The notes under the pieces: generated by a model | Databases searched by the model: none | Seen by the model: the letters and a program-made list of their open reading frames with translations, nothing else | What the model was told of the DNA's origin: nothing | Made by a program: the position numbers and the translations under genes | Assembly (NCBI GenBank): GCA_965200315.1 | Contig: OZ241362.1 | Coordinates: 3,584,001-3,648,000 of the forward strand | Reading direction: 5' to 3' | From: Candidatus Latescibacterota bacterium | GTDB taxonomy: Bacteria > Latescibacterota > UBA2968 > UBA8231 | DNA length: 64,000 bases | In this document: one piece after another, positions 1-9,795 of the stretch | Layout: every line of letters starts with the position of its first letter | Position numbering within the stretch: the first letter of the stretch is position 1

Positions 1-355
1 GAAACACGTTTAGGTCAAAGGTTTCCTCCCAGTCCTCGTCATCGGTTTCAAGCAGGCTCTGTTCGCCAGCCGCTCCGCCCACGTTGTTGACCAAGATGTC
101 GACGCCGCCCCACTCGGCTGCACAGCGTGCGACAACCGCTTCCACCGCCGACCGCGAGCGCACATCGGCGACTTCGGCAATGGCTTCGGCCCCAGTGGCC
201 CGCACCTGCTGTAATGCGCGTTCGAGCGGCTCTGGGTCGCGGGCGCAAATCGCCACCTTGCACCCTTCGTTGGCCAGCGCCAACGCAATCGCCCGGCCAA
301 TCCCCCGGCTTCCTCCAGTTATCAGCGCAATTTTGTCTTTCAGTCCTAGATCCAT
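1..355 (-). CDS. SDR-family oxidoreductase (runs off window start)
   Basis: Manual translation from ATG 355: MDLGLKDKIALITGGSRGIGRAIALALA..., with a TGxxxGIG Rossmann motif and later DILVNNVG. Confidence 0.9.
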   Translation of the reverse strand, partial: MDLGLKDKIALITGGSRGIGRAIALALANEGCKVAICARDPEPLERALQQVRATGAEAIAEVADVRSRSAVEAVVARCAAEWGGVDILVNNVGGAAGEQSLLETDDEDWEETFDLNVF

Positions 356-356
356 A

Positions 357-1505
357 TTACGGACCTCCTTTGTCAAAACGGGAAAGGCGCAGGAATTCGA
401 TGGGATGTTTGGTATCGCCTTCCAGTGCCAATTCAGCCAAAATTTCGCCCACTACCGGAGCAAATTTGAAGCCGTGGCCGGAAAAACCCGCCCCGAGCAC
501 CACGGCCGGGCATTCGGGATGGATGTCCAAGACAAAGTGCTTATCCGGCGTCAGCGAATACATACAGGCAGCGTGTTTGCTCAGCTCGGGTTGCAGTGCG
601 GGAAAAAATCGCGCTAGAAAATCGAGGACGAGGGGCTGATCGCCGGCGGTCAATGCGCGGTCGAGTTGGAGCGGGTCGGCTACCGGGGCGTGCGACACAT
701 TGTGCTCGGCTAACTTGAGACCCCACGGCTCTTCCGCGGGAAAACCATAGAAATACTGTTCGCCGTCAGCGATGAAGAAGCAGGGAAACGCGCCGCGTGT
801 GTACTGCTCCACGCCGCGCCCTTGGTACCACAACTGCACCTTGCGCACTACGCGGGCTGCCACGCCCAGCCGGCATAGCTCCGGCACCGCCCAAGCTCCA
901 GTCGCCAGCACCAGCCGCGTGGCGAGCAAGCACCGTCGCTCGGTCTCCACTACCACACCTCCACCCTCGCGCCGCCACGACCGCATGGCCTCCCCAGCGT
1001 AGAGCTTTGCGCCGTGCTTCTGAGCCAATGCAACGTGCTGACGGACGCAGTCCTCGACTCGGAGAAAACCGCCTAGGGGATCGTAAAAGCCACTCCATTC
1101 CGCCGGCAAGGCCAAGCTAGGGTAGCGGGCGGCAATGGCTGCCGCAGCGAGCTGTTCGTGCGGCAGGTCGTGCGCCTGATAACAAGCTGCTTGTCCCTGC
1201 ATCGCCTCCGCGTTGGGATCGCCCGCCACCAGCAGCCCAACGCGGGCAAAAAGTTCCCCGGCCTCTTCGGCCTCTAGCTCCTCCCATAGCGCGTAGGCCC
1301 GGTGCAACAGGGGCACGTAGTCGGGATGTTCCATATAGGCTTTGCGAATGATGCGGGTATCTCCGTGCGAAGAGCCCCGGTCGTGGGCTATGCCAAAGCG
1401 CTCTACGGCGCAGGTACGCACGCCACGGCGCGCTAAGTGGTACAGCGCGGCACTGCCCATGCCGCCGGCCCCGGCGACGACGACATCGTATTGTTCTGTG
1501 ATCAT
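357..1505 (-). CDS. solA: N-methyl-L-tryptophan oxidase / monomeric sarcosine oxidase family
   Basis: GAGGMG FAD motif, GSSHGDTRIIR, CMYSLTPD, GFSGHGFKF; start taken at MITEQYD. Confidence 0.88.
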   Translation of the reverse strand: MITEQYDVVVAGAGGMGSAALYHLARRGVRTCAVERFGIAHDRGSSHGDTRIIRKAYMEHPDYVPLLHRAYALWEELEAEEAGELFARVGLLVAGDPNAEAMQGQAACYQAHDLPHEQLAAAAIAARYPSLALPAEWSGFYDPLGGFLRVEDCVRQHVALAQKHGAKLYAGEAMRSWRREGGGVVVETERRCLLATRLVLATGAWAVPELCRLGVAARVVRKVQLWYQGRGVEQYTRGAFPCFFIADGEQYFYGFPAEEPWGLKLAEHNVSHAPVADPLQLDRALTAGDQPLVLDFLARFFPALQPELSKHAACMYSLTPDKHFVLDIHPECPAVVLGAGFSGHGFKFAPVVGEILAELALEGDTKHPIEFLRLSRFDKGGP

Positions 1506-1653
1506 TAGCGATTTATACCTCCTATCGAATCCGGGCCTTGATGTAAACTTCAAACTTCAAACTTCCCCCATCGCCCGCAACCCACAACTTGACGCTGCTA
1601 GTTCCAACCGCGATACTTTTTGGCTAAAATCAACTCCAACTCAAGGCCTAGCC

Positions 1654-2217
1654 GTGCGCATTGTCACTGGCACCTATCGCGGTCGGCAGATTCCCTCCGG
1701 GCGACGCCTGCGCCAGACCCGCCTCACTTCCACGCGCCTCAAAGAAGCCGTATTCTCCATGCTCGGCCCCAACCTGAAGGGCCGCACCTTCCTCGACTTG
1801 TGTGCTGGTTCGGGCCAGATGGGGCTTGAAGCGCTGAGCCGCGGCGCGAGCGTCGAGCTCAACGAGCCAGATCACCGGCGGCGGCGGCAGATCCGCTCGC
1901 TGCTCTACCAATGGAGGGCTGGCGTCGCCGGCCTGCACTCGGTCAAAGCCCAACACCTCATCCCCCAATTGGCGGCGGCCGGCCGCCGCTTCGACATCGT
2001 GTACGCCGATCCCCCGTACCACGCCTGCTACTGCGGCGCCCCGCTCCTGCTCGGCCTCATCGAAGCCTTCGGGGAATCTCCGCTCCTTAACGACGAGGGC
2101 CTGCTGTTCGTGCAGCACCAAATCGACCTAGATGTGCCCGAGCAGAGCGGCCACCTCGTACGCACTCAGCAGCGAGCCTACGGCAACACCACCCTCAGCA
2201 TCTATCGCCTCAGCTAA
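1654..2217 (+). CDS. rsmD: RsmD-family 16S rRNA m2G966 methyltransferase
   Basis: VRIVTGTYRGR, LKEAVFS, DLCAGSGQMGLEALSRGA, DPPY; GTG start inferred. Confidence 0.85.
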   Translation: MRIVTGTYRGRQIPSGRRLRQTRLTSTRLKEAVFSMLGPNLKGRTFLDLCAGSGQMGLEALSRGASVELNEPDHRRRRQIRSLLYQWRAGVAGLHSVKAQHLIPQLAAAGRRFDIVYADPPYHACYCGAPLLLGLIEAFGESPLLNDEGLLFVQHQIDLDVPEQSGHLVRTQQRAYGNTTLSIYRLS

Positions 2218-2221
2218 TCCC

Positions 2222-3319
2222 ATGAAAATCACCCACGTTGAAGCCATACCCGTGCGCGTACCCCGACCGCAGCCGTTCCAAAGCAGCCTCGGCACGCACC
2301 AAGCCTCTGAAAACGCCGTCGTCTTGATCCACACCGACGTCGGCCTCACCGGCCTCGGCGAAGCCTCCAGTATCTGGGACCGCCGCGGACGCGGGGAAAG
2401 CGAAGCCATCAACGGGTTGCTCGCCGATATGCTCTGCGGCCTAGATCCGCGCCGCATCCGCGAGATCGCCGACCGCATGAGTCAAGCCTTGCACCGCTCC
2501 TTCCCGGCCAAGGCCGGCATTGAAATGGCCCTCTACGACTTGGTCGGCAAAGCCTGCGACGTGCCCGTTTACCAACTGCTGGGTGGCCTAGTCCGCGACC
2601 GCGTGCTGCTGAGTCATTCGCTGTCCATGGGCGACCCCGCAGCCATCGCCGCCCAAGCCCAGAGCCTAGTGGCGCAAGGATACAAGACCCTCAAGGCCAA
2701 GATCGGGCGGGATCTTCGCGCCGACCTAGCCGTGCTTGCAGCCGTGCGCAGCGCGGTCGGTAGCGAGATTGTACTGCGCGTAGATGCCAACATGGGCTGG
2801 TCCTCCGCCAAGGAAGCCGTGCGCTGTATCGAGGCCATCGCGGATTTTGACTTGGAACTGGTCGAGCAACCCTTAGCAGCCGACGACTTAGAGGGATTGC
2901 GCTTTGTCCGCGAGCGCGTCTCGCTGCCCATCATGGCCGACGAGAGCGTTTGGACGCCGGCCGACGCCCTCAATTGCGTCCGCCACCAAGCCGTCGATGT
3001 CTTCAACGTGTACGTGTCGGAAGCCGGCGGCTTGGGGGCGGCCGCACGTATCTTCGCCATTGCCGAAGCGGCGCGCCTGCCCTGTATCATCGGCAGTATG
3101 CCCGAGTTGGGGATCGGCACGGCGGCCCAAGCCCACCTCGCGTTTGCCATGCCCAACTTGGGCTATGCCAGCGACGTGAACGGCTGCGTCTATCACAGCG
3201 GCGACGTCATCCGCGAAAAGCTGCCTATCGCCGACGGGTACATTCTCCCGCCAGCCGGCCCGGGCCTCGGCGTCAGCCTCGACGAGGCCGCACTCGCAGA
3301 GTACCGCTGCGATCGCTGA
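2222..3319 (+). CDS. Enolase superfamily, muconate cycloisomerase / dipeptide epimerase-like
   Basis: KAKIG, DAN, EQP, DES metal/catalytic motifs; GPGLGV C-terminus. Confidence 0.88.
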   Translation: MKITHVEAIPVRVPRPQPFQSSLGTHQASENAVVLIHTDVGLTGLGEASSIWDRRGRGESEAINGLLADMLCGLDPRRIREIADRMSQALHRSFPAKAGIEMALYDLVGKACDVPVYQLLGGLVRDRVLLSHSLSMGDPAAIAAQAQSLVAQGYKTLKAKIGRDLRADLAVLAAVRSAVGSEIVLRVDANMGWSSAKEAVRCIEAIADFDLELVEQPLAADDLEGLRFVRERVSLPIMADESVWTPADALNCVRHQAVDVFNVYVSEAGGLGAAARIFAIAEAARLPCIIGSMPELGIGTAAQAHLAFAMPNLGYASDVNGCVYHSGDVIREKLPIADGYILPPAGPGLGVSLDEAALAEYRCDR

Positions 3320-4071
3320 TGCGCTTCCGGCCCTGTATCGACCTGCACGAGGGGCACGTCAAGCAGATCGTCGGCACCAGCCTACGCGACGGCAGCACCC
3401 CCCAAACCCACTTTATCGCCCCCCATCCACCTGATTACTTTGCGGTGCGCTATGGCCGCGACCAGCTCTTCGGCGGCCACGTCATCATGCTCGGCCCGGG
3501 CAACGAGGACGCGGCCGCACAGGCGTTGGCCGCTTTTCCCGGGGGCTTGCAAATAGGCGGCGGCATCCGCCCAAACAACGCGGCGGCTTGGCTCAATCGC
3601 GGTGCCGCGCAGGTTATTGTCACTTCCTATGTCTTTAGCGACGGCCAACTCCACCACAACCGACTGGCACAAATGGTTGCTACGGTGGGACGCGAGCGGC
3701 TGGTCTTGGACCTTAGTTGCAGCAACCGCGATGGGCGCTACGTGGTGATGACCGACCGCTGGCAAAAGGCCACGGACTTTGCAATCAGCGCGGACAACTT
3801 GGCACTCCTCGCCGAGTCTTGCCGCGAATTCCTCATTCACGCCACCGGGGTCGAGGGCAAACAACAGGGAGTCGATGCCGAACTCGTCGCGCTCTTGGGC
3901 GAGATCGCGCCCATCCCGACGACGTATGCCGGTGGCGTGTGCAGCACCGAGGACATCGAGATTCTCCGCAAGCTCGGCCAAGGGAAATTGGATTTTACGG
4001 TGGGAGCAGCGCTGGATATTTTCGGCGGTACGGGATTGCGCTACGAAGATATGGTACTGATTAGCGGTTAG
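3319..4071 (+). CDS. hisA: ProFAR isomerase, eukaryotic-type (His6-like) HisA
   Basis: MRFRPCIDLHEGHVKQIVG, GGHVIMLG, LVLDLSC, LDIFGG are characteristic of the His6 type; TGATG coupling to the upstream gene. Confidence 0.88.
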   Translation: MRFRPCIDLHEGHVKQIVGTSLRDGSTPQTHFIAPHPPDYFAVRYGRDQLFGGHVIMLGPGNEDAAAQALAAFPGGLQIGGGIRPNNAAAWLNRGAAQVIVTSYVFSDGQLHHNRLAQMVATVGRERLVLDLSCSNRDGRYVVMTDRWQKATDFAISADNLALLAESCREFLIHATGVEGKQQGVDAELVALLGEIAPIPTTYAGGVCSTEDIEILRKLGQGKLDFTVGAALDIFGGTGLRYEDMVLISG

Positions 4072-5405
4072 TGCCCCGACAGCTTAAACAGATTGACCGC
4101 CGTAAAGTTGATGATGGCCCAGATCGTAAATAGCAGGGATATCTCGGTCTTCAGCGCCATCCGCTCGTCTTTGGGCACCCGCATGGCCAAGTGCAGCACG
4201 GCATAGGCCATGGGGATGAGCAACAGATTGTTGGCATTGGCCCCTTTGAGCACAAAGTCGAGGGTGCGCGGGTCGAACAATATGAACAGCAGCCACCCAA
4301 ACGGGAAAGCGATTTGGAAAATGCGGATCCAGCGGCGGTATCCCTCTTCTTCGGCCAGCGCGCTCACCCTTAGTTGCCGCAAAAAGTCAGCGCCGATCCG
4401 CCCCGAAGAAGCGGCAAATACCAGCAGCGTGGAAAAGAGCGTACAAAATCCCCCGAACATGAAGATGTAGTAAGCCCAGCCGCCGATGCTCTCGGTGAAA
4501 ATCAACGAGACCTGTTCGACGACCTTCATGCCTTCGGGCAAGACTTGTAGCTGATTGAGCACCGACGCACCCAGCAGGTAATACGCACACGTGACCACCA
4601 GCGCGATGCCCGTACACACGCCCGCATCGGTGATCAAGACCCGCATCCAGCCCCGGTATCGCGCCTGCCATTCCGGGCTATCGTCTTTTGGCCCGACGAA
4701 ATCCGGGTAGCCTTTTTCCACGATCCAATAGGGATACATGAAAAGCTCGACTGCGGTCGCGCCGACCGATCCCATCACCGCCAAAGCTACAAACGCGCCT
4801 TCGCTTGGCATGGCAAAGCGGAAGCCCGAGGCGATTTGCGCGCTGCTGATTGCGTAGCTCGTGCCTTGCAATGCGAGCACCGAGCCGATTACTACTAGGC
4901 TGAAGGTCGCCACCAGCGCGGCGACCATTTTCTCCAAGTCGCCGTATAGCCCCCGCCACAGCAAAACCGACATGGCGAGGAACAGGACTACCGCCCACAC
5001 CTGTTCGGACGCAAAGGGAAAAACCGTGCCCATCAGCCCAGCCACCGATCCCAAGATGCCGATGACGGCCACCGTCACCGAGAAGTAGCCCACCACGCAG
5101 AGCCACGCGATCCACGAGGTGCCGCGCCAGCGCACGCCCGGCACTTGGTCGAGGATTTGCACGGTACTGCTCTTGCGCAACAGGCACTGCCGACCCAATT
5201 CGAGCTGAATCACAAACTTGACCAAACAGGCCAAGATCACGCCCCAGAGAAAGACAAAGCCGACCTCGGCTCCCATCCGCGTCGTCACCAACAACTCGCC
5301 TGAGCCGACCACCGACCCCGAGACAACGACGCCGGGGCCGATATTGCGTAAGAGGCCGCCGAGATGGGTGGGGGCCTCGCGGATGTTGCTTTGTGCGCTG
5401 TTCAT
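4068..5405 (-). CDS. Nramp-like membrane transporter
   Basis: IGPGVVVSGSVVGSGEL N-terminal motif and ~11 hydrophobic segments. Confidence 0.75.
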   Translation of the reverse strand: MNSAQSNIREAPTHLGGLLRNIGPGVVVSGSVVGSGELLVTTRMGAEVGFVFLWGVILACLVKFVIQLELGRQCLLRKSSTVQILDQVPGVRWRGTSWIAWLCVVGYFSVTVAVIGILGSVAGLMGTVFPFASEQVWAVVLFLAMSVLLWRGLYGDLEKMVAALVATFSLVVIGSVLALQGTSYAISSAQIASGFRFAMPSEGAFVALAVMGSVGATAVELFMYPYWIVEKGYPDFVGPKDDSPEWQARYRGWMRVLITDAGVCTGIALVVTCAYYLLGASVLNQLQVLPEGMKVVEQVSLIFTESIGGWAYYIFMFGGFCTLFSTLLVFAASSGRIGADFLRQLRVSALAEEEGYRRWIRIFQIAFPFGWLLFILFDPRTLDFVLKGANANNLLLIPMAYAVLHLAMRVPKDERMALKTEISLLFTIWAIINFTAVNLFKLSGH

Positions 5406-5638
5406 ACATGCACTCCATTTTGTCGTCTGGGGACGCAGTCAAGCGGCTTTAAGATAGGAACTCAGGCCGAAGATGCGAAAGGTCCCGCGGCTCCGATTGA
5501 TGTAGGGTAGATGCGCAACATCTATTAATGATCTTCGCATGGCCTCGCGCTATGGCTATCTATTGAGGCGCATTTACCAAAAGCAACTGCGAATTATCCC
5601 CTTTCATTCATTAAAAGAGAGGAGAGGTCGCCATCTCC

Positions 5639-6183
5639 TTGGAGAAAAAGTTTCAGTATTACCTTGACCGTCAAGCGGAGCTAGCCGAACAACACGAGGG
5701 CAAGAGCCTCGTAATCAAGGGCGAGCAAGTGATTGGGGCGTATGACGATGAGGATGTGGCTGTCAAGACGACGAGCGAAGAGTATGAACTGGGCACTTTT
5801 TTGGTTCGGGAATGAGCCGTTTGAGGAGCCGAACTTGGCGTTTTCAGACGGCTTCTTAAGCCCATCTGTGTAGTGCAAGTGCAAGGTCCTTATGAGACCA
5901 AACTTGCAAGGGTATATCCTCTACATGTTACATTGCCCAATGATATAGGACTTAAATTGAGAGTAATAGAAGCCAACAACTTAGGCCCCGATGGCGATGT
6001 TCTGATCGGCATGGATGTAATCACGTTAGGCGATTTTGCAGTCAGTACTTATGAATAGAAAACAGCTTTCACATTTCGGATGCCTTCACAGAGAAAAATA
6101 GACTTCTTGCCTCCAGAGCAACGCCATCTTGCCCAAGCACCCATTGGCGACTCACTCACGCATACAGCAGCATCCATGCGATA
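5639..6183 (+). pseudogene. Decayed pair: small DUF5678-like protein plus retropepsin-like aspartyl protease
   Basis: 5639-5815 reads LEKKFQYYLDRQAELAEQHEGKSLVIKGEQVIGAYDDE..GTFLVRE*. Then GDVLIGMDVITLGDFAVSTYE* continues in frame after TAG 6056-58 as KTAFTFRMPSQRKIDF. The protease N-terminus (DTG) is not seen. Confidence 0.55.
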
Positions 6184-6224
6184 AAACCCGTTTTCAGCAA
6201 CAAAAAGCACAGAATACATAAATC

Positions 6225-6428
6225 TCAAAGCTCCGATTCTTCAATATCGGCATCTCTCATTATCGCTCGTTGAAGCCCAAAGTTCATCGTCTTGTTTCCG
6301 TGAACGGGAACAGAAATGTTATTATATCCTGTTTTTGCAAAGATATAATGACTTCCTGAGACTCTTTTCAAACTCCAACCTGTACGTCTGAGCACCTCGC
6401 ACATTTTCTTACCGGATATCGACTTCAC
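6225..6428 (-). CDS. hicA: HicA-family toxin
   Basis: GWSLKRVSGSHYIF, SVPVHGNK; overlaps the hicB stop. Confidence 0.85.
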   Translation of the reverse strand: MKSISGKKMCEVLRRTGWSLKRVSGSHYIFAKTGYNNISVPVHGNKTMNFGLQRAIMRDADIEESEL

Positions 6429-6648
6429 GCACGGGGCTTCCTTCGATTTTGTCGGGAAGGCACTCGTCTTCTTCGAGAACTTCTAGGTAGAGTTCTGCAA
6501 CCTCGTACATATTTTTTATCAACTCATCAATCGTATCACCCTCCGTGCGACAGCCAGGCATTTCGAGAATTTGCGCCCAGTAACTTCCATACTCAGCGTG
6601 AATCTGAACAGTGAACTCTCGATCTTTGATACGAATCGTTTTTTTCAT
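6409..6648 (-). CDS. hicB: HicB-family antitoxin (short form)
   Basis: YWAQILEMPGCRTEGDTIDELIKNMYEVAELYLE. Confidence 0.85.
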   Translation of the reverse strand: MKKTIRIKDREFTVQIHAEYGSYWAQILEMPGCRTEGDTIDELIKNMYEVAELYLEVLEEDECLPDKIEGSPVREVDIR

Positions 6649-6796
6649 CGCGACCTCCCTACCTTATGAAGCGAATGAGTACGGCCTTTCGAGAATATGC
6701 AACGGTTTTAACCGATATACAATGACAGCCGCTCTATCGCCTGCTGCCGGGTCGCCTCTACCGGGCCAAAACGGGCTGTTCGCGGCAAGACGCCCT

Positions 6797-7615
6797 TCAA
6801 AAACCAGCCACAATCCCCCGCAGCCCCTCGGCATATTGCCCCAGCACCGCATCGGCCCGATCCCCGCTGCCGCGCTTATGGATCACTTCCACCGAGCAAT
6901 ACCCAGCAAATCCAGCCTTCGCGAGTAGGCGCAGCGGCTCGGCGTGATCGAAGACGCCCGCGCCCAGCACATCGCTGACCTGCACCCTGCCATCGACGAT
7001 TGTCCCGTCGTGGGCGTGGATGTGGCGCGTATGCGCACCCAGCATCTCGAAGCTCTCGGCCGGCCCTTCCAGCACCCGCTGCGTGTGCATAAAATCCCAC
7101 AGCACTTGCAAATTCGGATGCCCGGCCCGCTCGACAACCGCGCGCACCGGAGCCGAGCAGCACCAATCGTCGTGCGTTTCCAGCAGCACCGTCACGCCGC
7201 GTCCAGCCGCCGTAGGCAACACCTGCGCAAAGCCCTCCACCACGTAATCGACGACCGCAGTCCACTCGCGGCTCCGGTCGCGCTGGCCGCCGAAAACCCG
7301 CACCAAGCCACAGCCCAAATCAGCCGCTAGGTCAATGTACTTTTTCACATCCTCCACGTGCCCAGCCCGCTCCGCCGCGTCGGGCGCGGCCATCCGCGCA
7401 CCCGTAGCAATGCAGCAGATAGCTAGCCCCTCGTCCTCCATCCGTCGGCGAATGTCTCGCCGCTCTTTGGCCGCCAGCGCAGCCTCAATGCCGCAGGCGT
7501 GATCCCACTCGACTCGCGGCTCAAACCCCTGATAGCCGTGCCGCTTCATGCCGGCTACTACTTCGTCCAAGGTCCAGTCTGGACACGCGCTGCTCATAGT
7601 CGCCAATTTGATCAT
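6797..7615 (-). CDS. Sugar phosphate isomerase/epimerase (xylose isomerase-like TIM barrel)
   Basis: LETHDD, WDFMH, HIHAHD, SVEV metal ligands; start MIKLATMSS after an AGAGG RBS. Confidence 0.85.
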   Translation of the reverse strand: MIKLATMSSACPDWTLDEVVAGMKRHGYQGFEPRVEWDHACGIEAALAAKERRDIRRRMEDEGLAICCIATGARMAAPDAAERAGHVEDVKKYIDLAADLGCGLVRVFGGQRDRSREWTAVVDYVVEGFAQVLPTAAGRGVTVLLETHDDWCCSAPVRAVVERAGHPNLQVLWDFMHTQRVLEGPAESFEMLGAHTRHIHAHDGTIVDGRVQVSDVLGAGVFDHAEPLRLLAKAGFAGYCSVEVIHKRGSGDRADAVLGQYAEGLRGIVAGF

Positions 7616-7627
7616 AATTCCTCTACT

Positions 7628-7670
7628 GTGATTAGTGTGATTGGTGTGATTGGTGTGATTGGTGTGATGG
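7628..7670. repeat. 9-bp tandem repeat (GTGATTGGT) x~4.7 in a divergent intergenic region
   Basis: gtgattagt gtgattggt gtgattggt gtgattggt gtgatgg read directly. Confidence 0.9.
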
Positions 7671-7735
7671 ACAGGATAGATGGGATTGTATTGTTTTACA
7701 ACATCCCACGTCAAACGCCCTCAATTGAGGCTCTC

Positions 7736-8725
7736 ATGCAAATCGGCACCACCCTCACTCGCTTCATCATTGAAGAAGAGCGGCAGCACCCCGAGGCTAC
7801 CGGCGAATTCACCGGCCTGCTCACCGATCTGACCAGCGCGGCCAAAATCATCTCCCGCGACGTGAATAAGGCCGGCCTCGCCGAAGTAATGGGCATCACC
7901 GGCCGCACCAACGTCCACGGCGAAGAGGTGCAAAAGCTCGATGAGTTCGCCAACTTAGTCGTCATCCGCACCACCGACCACACCGGGCGGTTGGCCGGTA
8001 TGGCTTCCGAAGAGATGGACGACATTTACCCCATCCCGGAAAGACGCCCGCGCGGCAACTACATCCTCGTCTTCGATCCGGTTGATGGCTCGTCCAATAT
8101 AGACGTGAACGTCTCCATCGGCACCATCTTCTCCATCTATCGCAAGAAAAGCACTGACAGCGTAACCCTCACAGATTTCCTCCGCTGCGGCCATGAGCAA
8201 GTCTGCGCCGGTTACATCATCTACGGCTCCAGCACCATGCTGGTCTATACCACCGGCAGCGGTAGCCACGGCTTTACCCTCGACCCAAGCCTCGGCGAAT
8301 TCCTGCTCTCCCACGAGCACATCCAGATCCCAGCGCGCGGCCAGTACTACAGCGCCAATGAGGGCAACTACCTCAAATGGGACGCACCGGTGCGCCGCTT
8401 TGTCGATCAGCTCAAGAAAGGTCCACAATCCTACTCGGCGCGCTACATCGGCTCGCTCGTGGCCGACTTTCACCGCAACCTGCTCAAGGGCGGCATCTTC
8501 TTCTACCCCGGCGACAGCAAGGTGCCTAGCGGCAAGCTGCGGCTCTTGTATGAAGCTGCTCCCCTCGCCTTTGTCGTCGATCAAGCCGGCGGCAGAGCCT
8601 CCAACGGAACCCAGCCGATCATGGACTTGCAAGCGACCGAGCTACACCAACGGACGCCGCTGTTCATCGGCAGCCGAGACGATGTAGCTACGCTGGAGGA
8701 ATTCGTGCGCGGCGAGCGGGCGTGA
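7736..8725 (+). CDS. fbp: Class 1 fructose-1,6-bisphosphatase
   Basis: [42 protein letters not shown]. Confidence 0.96.
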   Translation: MQIGTTLTRFIIEEERQHPEATGEFTGLLTDLTSAAKIISRDVNKAGLAEVMGITGRTNVHGEEVQKLDEFANLVVIRTTDHTGRLAGMASEEMDDIYPIPERRPRGNYILVFDPVDGSSNIDVNVSIGTIFSIYRKKSTDSVTLTDFLRCGHEQVCAGYIIYGSSTMLVYTTGSGSHGFTLDPSLGEFLLSHEHIQIPARGQYYSANEGNYLKWDAPVRRFVDQLKKGPQSYSARYIGSLVADFHRNLLKGGIFFYPGDSKVPSGKLRLLYEAAPLAFVVDQAGGRASNGTQPIMDLQATELHQRTPLFIGSRDDVATLEEFVRGERA

Positions 8726-8795
8726 GCAGGCGATGCTGGGCGAAAAGCGAAAGCCGAGGGCGTAAGGCGACCAACGGATCAGCCGCTCTCCAATA

Positions 8796-9368
8796 CTAGC
8801 AAGGCGTACAGCCGCTCTCGTTTTGCAGCTTGGTGCTGCGCGGTTCGCAGTCGATCACCTCACCGCGGCAATCGAGCGCAACGGCACAGCAACTCAGTAT
8901 CGCCTGCTTCAGCTTGGAACGACCGCGTTGTACGCGGGATTTCATACCGGAAGTGGAAAGACCGAGGCGAGCCGCCGCTTCTGTTTGCTTGAGACCTGCG
9001 ATGTCTGTGAGCAGCAACGCTTCCGCATAAGGTTGCGGCAGGTTGCGGATAACAGGCGTCATACACGCGGCGATTTCCCTCGCATTGCCGGACGCACCAC
9101 CGTTCTGCTCAATTTCCGCAGCATATTGTGCCAACGCCCGTGCCTCCGCAGCGCGGCGACGATGGTGATCAGCGATCGCGTTGGCAGCAACGCGGAACAC
9201 CCAAGCGACCGGCTCATCAGCAACGGCGAGCTGGTCCCGACGGCGGGTGAGCAGCAGCAGGTCGCCTACAACGTCGTCCACTGCGCTCGCTTCGACGCGA
9301 CGCCCCACATAAGCGCACAAACTCGTCTGGAAATCCCGCCAATTGTCTTGGCCGAGGTACTCATGCAC
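8796..9368 (-). CDS. sigZ: ECF sigma factor, SigZ-like
   Basis: AWVFRVAANAIADHHR, KSRVQRGRSKLK, CC..LDCRG C-terminus; start uncertain (GTG 9368 or ATG 9386). Confidence 0.8.
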   Translation of the reverse strand: MHEYLGQDNWRDFQTSLCAYVGRRVEASAVDDVVGDLLLLTRRRDQLAVADEPVAWVFRVAANAIADHHRRRAAEARALAQYAAEIEQNGGASGNAREIAACMTPVIRNLPQPYAEALLLTDIAGLKQTEAAARLGLSTSGMKSRVQRGRSKLKQAILSCCAVALDCRGEVIDCEPRSTKLQNESGCTPC

Positions 9369-9780
9369 AGCAGCTATCTTTTTCATCAGAATCGCACGGG
9401 GAGCAGGCACTTTGTGCTGGCTTGTCATCAAGGATGCGATACCACTCCCAACACAAGCCTTGGGGATCGCTCGACCAGACCTTGTTCTGAGTCGCGTGGC
9501 AACAAGTTTCGTTCCGTTGCACTTGGGTCAAAATGCCCGCATGCCGCAGTCGTTGCTCGGCATCGCTCACCTCGGCTTCTGTAAACGCTTCGACGCCTAG
9601 ATGGTTGAGGCGTTCTGCCGCCTCTGGATTCTCAAATAGCACCAACTTCAACGGCGGTTGATCGAGGGCAAAGTTGGCATAACCGGGATGCCGTTTGTGA
9701 GGCTTGGCGTTGAAAAGTTCACCGTAATAAGCGACAGCTTCATCCAAATCGCGGACGTTCAGGGCCAATTGCAAACGCAT
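9361..9780 (-). CDS. ArsI/CadI-family VOC metalloenzyme
   Basis: MRLQLALNV, GYANFA..PPLKLVL, NHLG, TCCHATQNKVW, WEWY, Cys-rich tail. Confidence 0.88.
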   Translation of the reverse strand: MRLQLALNVRDLDEAVAYYGELFNAKPHKRHPGYANFALDQPPLKLVLFENPEAAERLNHLGVEAFTEAEVSDAEQRLRHAGILTQVQRNETCCHATQNKVWSSDPQGLCWEWYRILDDKPAQSACSPCDSDEKDSCCA

Positions 9781-9795
9781 GACTTGCTCCTTTCA

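Noticed and set aside
5460-5560. Hairpins upstream of the Nramp-like gene as a possible metal riboswitch
   Set aside because: No recognisable yybP-ykoY or M-box conserved sequence; pairing is modest
7499-7735. N-terminal extensions (VIGVIG / HTNHTN) on fbp and isomerase ORFs
   Set aside because: Artefacts of the 9-bp intergenic repeat; homology starts at ATG 7736 and ATG 7615
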